Origin: Balanoglossus misakiensis
Taxonomy: Eukaryota; Animalia; Hemichordata
NCBI GenBank assembly: GCA_040954595.2
Contig: CM082579.2
Span: 2,059,908 to 2,123,907 of the forward strand
Reading direction: 5' to 3'
DNA: 64,000 nt
A program made the translations under genes and the position numbers. Below, piece after piece: positions 62,804 through 64,000 of the stretch; the stretch's first letter is position 1; each line of letters starts with the position of its first letter. The notes under the pieces were generated by a model. That model ran no database searches. It had not been told where the DNA came from and was given only the letters and a program-made list of their open reading frames with translations.

Positions 62804-64000
62804 CTGAAAAAAATAAAATTCAAGTGGAGATTTAGAAAATATTTGAGATGAGGAAACATTTGATCGTATCACTAAAAGAGATTAACAATGACTTGTGAAA
62901 GTTGTACCGAATATTTTTGTTTTAGTTCATGTAATCTGACTAATGTTCCATCTGAACACAATTTCTTGGCTTCTCTTATTACATGTAATGGTAGATAGCC
63001 CCATATCAACTTATTAGTTGCTCCACCTGGAAATCATTTCTCAATGTCCAAAGAATGAAAGGCATGTACATAAACAAACGCACAATACATGCACAAAAGT
63101 AGAGATAGCTTGAACTTTCACTTCCTTTAATGCAGTTCAAAAGCCAAAACATCAAAATACTGAAGTCAACTTCTTCTCTCTCATGTTGCAACACAAATGT
63201 GTGAAATGATGCCAATCCTGCCCAGCACCTCTTACAAACAAAAGTTGATTTATTCCTTTCCAGATAGAATCAGCATGTGCACTGTTACTTTGGGCCAGTC
63301 GACAGCTGTCCATGTGTTTGTGAAATTGAGTTCATTCTACTTTTCCGACCCTGGGTACTTGGCTCAAATCCATCAGGAAACGTGAAACACCTTTTATTCA
63401 CAAATCTCTGCTACCCTGGCAGACCTGTTGGTACCATGTCACTGGAAATCAGGTCATTGTATTACATGTATGTGTAAGATGAACCAGTTCTTTTTTTTAC
63501 AGTTTTTCCCAACCGTATATCAGTTTTATTGGGAGGAAAACATAGCTTATTATATTAACCATTAATAGTTAGTAATTGACACATCATATATGCACTTTGT
63601 GGTTGCAAACTCAAATTTTCACTTAGGAAACTTCACAACTACTGGTTAGGGACATTTCTGGAGTTTGGAATTATGCAACTTCCCTGTCTGTTCAGCTACA
63701 CTTGGACAAGAGAACATGTTTTTGTTACTTGCTGTTCACTTAAGTGGTGTTCAAACTGATAAGAAGTCGTGACCCTATGACCCTCACACAAACACAGCCA
63801 AACATACCATGGAAACTAACATTATATACATGTATTGACCTGTATAACCGTGCACTGTATACTCATTTATTATAAACAGTTAGTCACCCAGACTTATTCC
63901 AGGGCACAGTACCGGTAGTTCCAATGTAGGGGTCAGGACTTGTGGGTTAGTGAGTAGGAGAGTTGCATGGTATTCCCCTAATGTGGAGGGAATTCTACCT

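Overview
Intron-rich eukaryotic (metazoan) DNA. An invertebrate deuterostome such as a hemichordate is plausible, but this is inference only. Left 37.4 kb: the 5' part of a neurobeachin/LRBA (BEACH-family) gene on the minus strand, with 25 coding exons traced by GT-AG boundaries and consistent phases and a 23.4-kb first intron. 39.3-55.0 kb: a compact, CpG-rich cluster of four genes in two head-to-head pairs. Gene A is an IFI44-like P-loop GTPase with a SAM-like tail (-). Gene D is an unknown two-exon protein ending in a CaaX box (+). Gene B is an IFI44-like GTPase spliced in frame to a Tec/BTK-type PRR-SH3-SH2-tyrosine kinase that lacks the PH/Btk domain (-). Gene C is an IFI44-like GTPase with a predicted N-myristoylation motif and a SAM-like tail (+). 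A TLC-domain membrane protein gene (-) and the last two exons of UTP18 (-) follow. The main finding is the apparent IFI44-GTPase/Tec-kinase chimera within a putative innate-immune module. All gene models were derived by hand from sequence; no transcript or database evidence was available.
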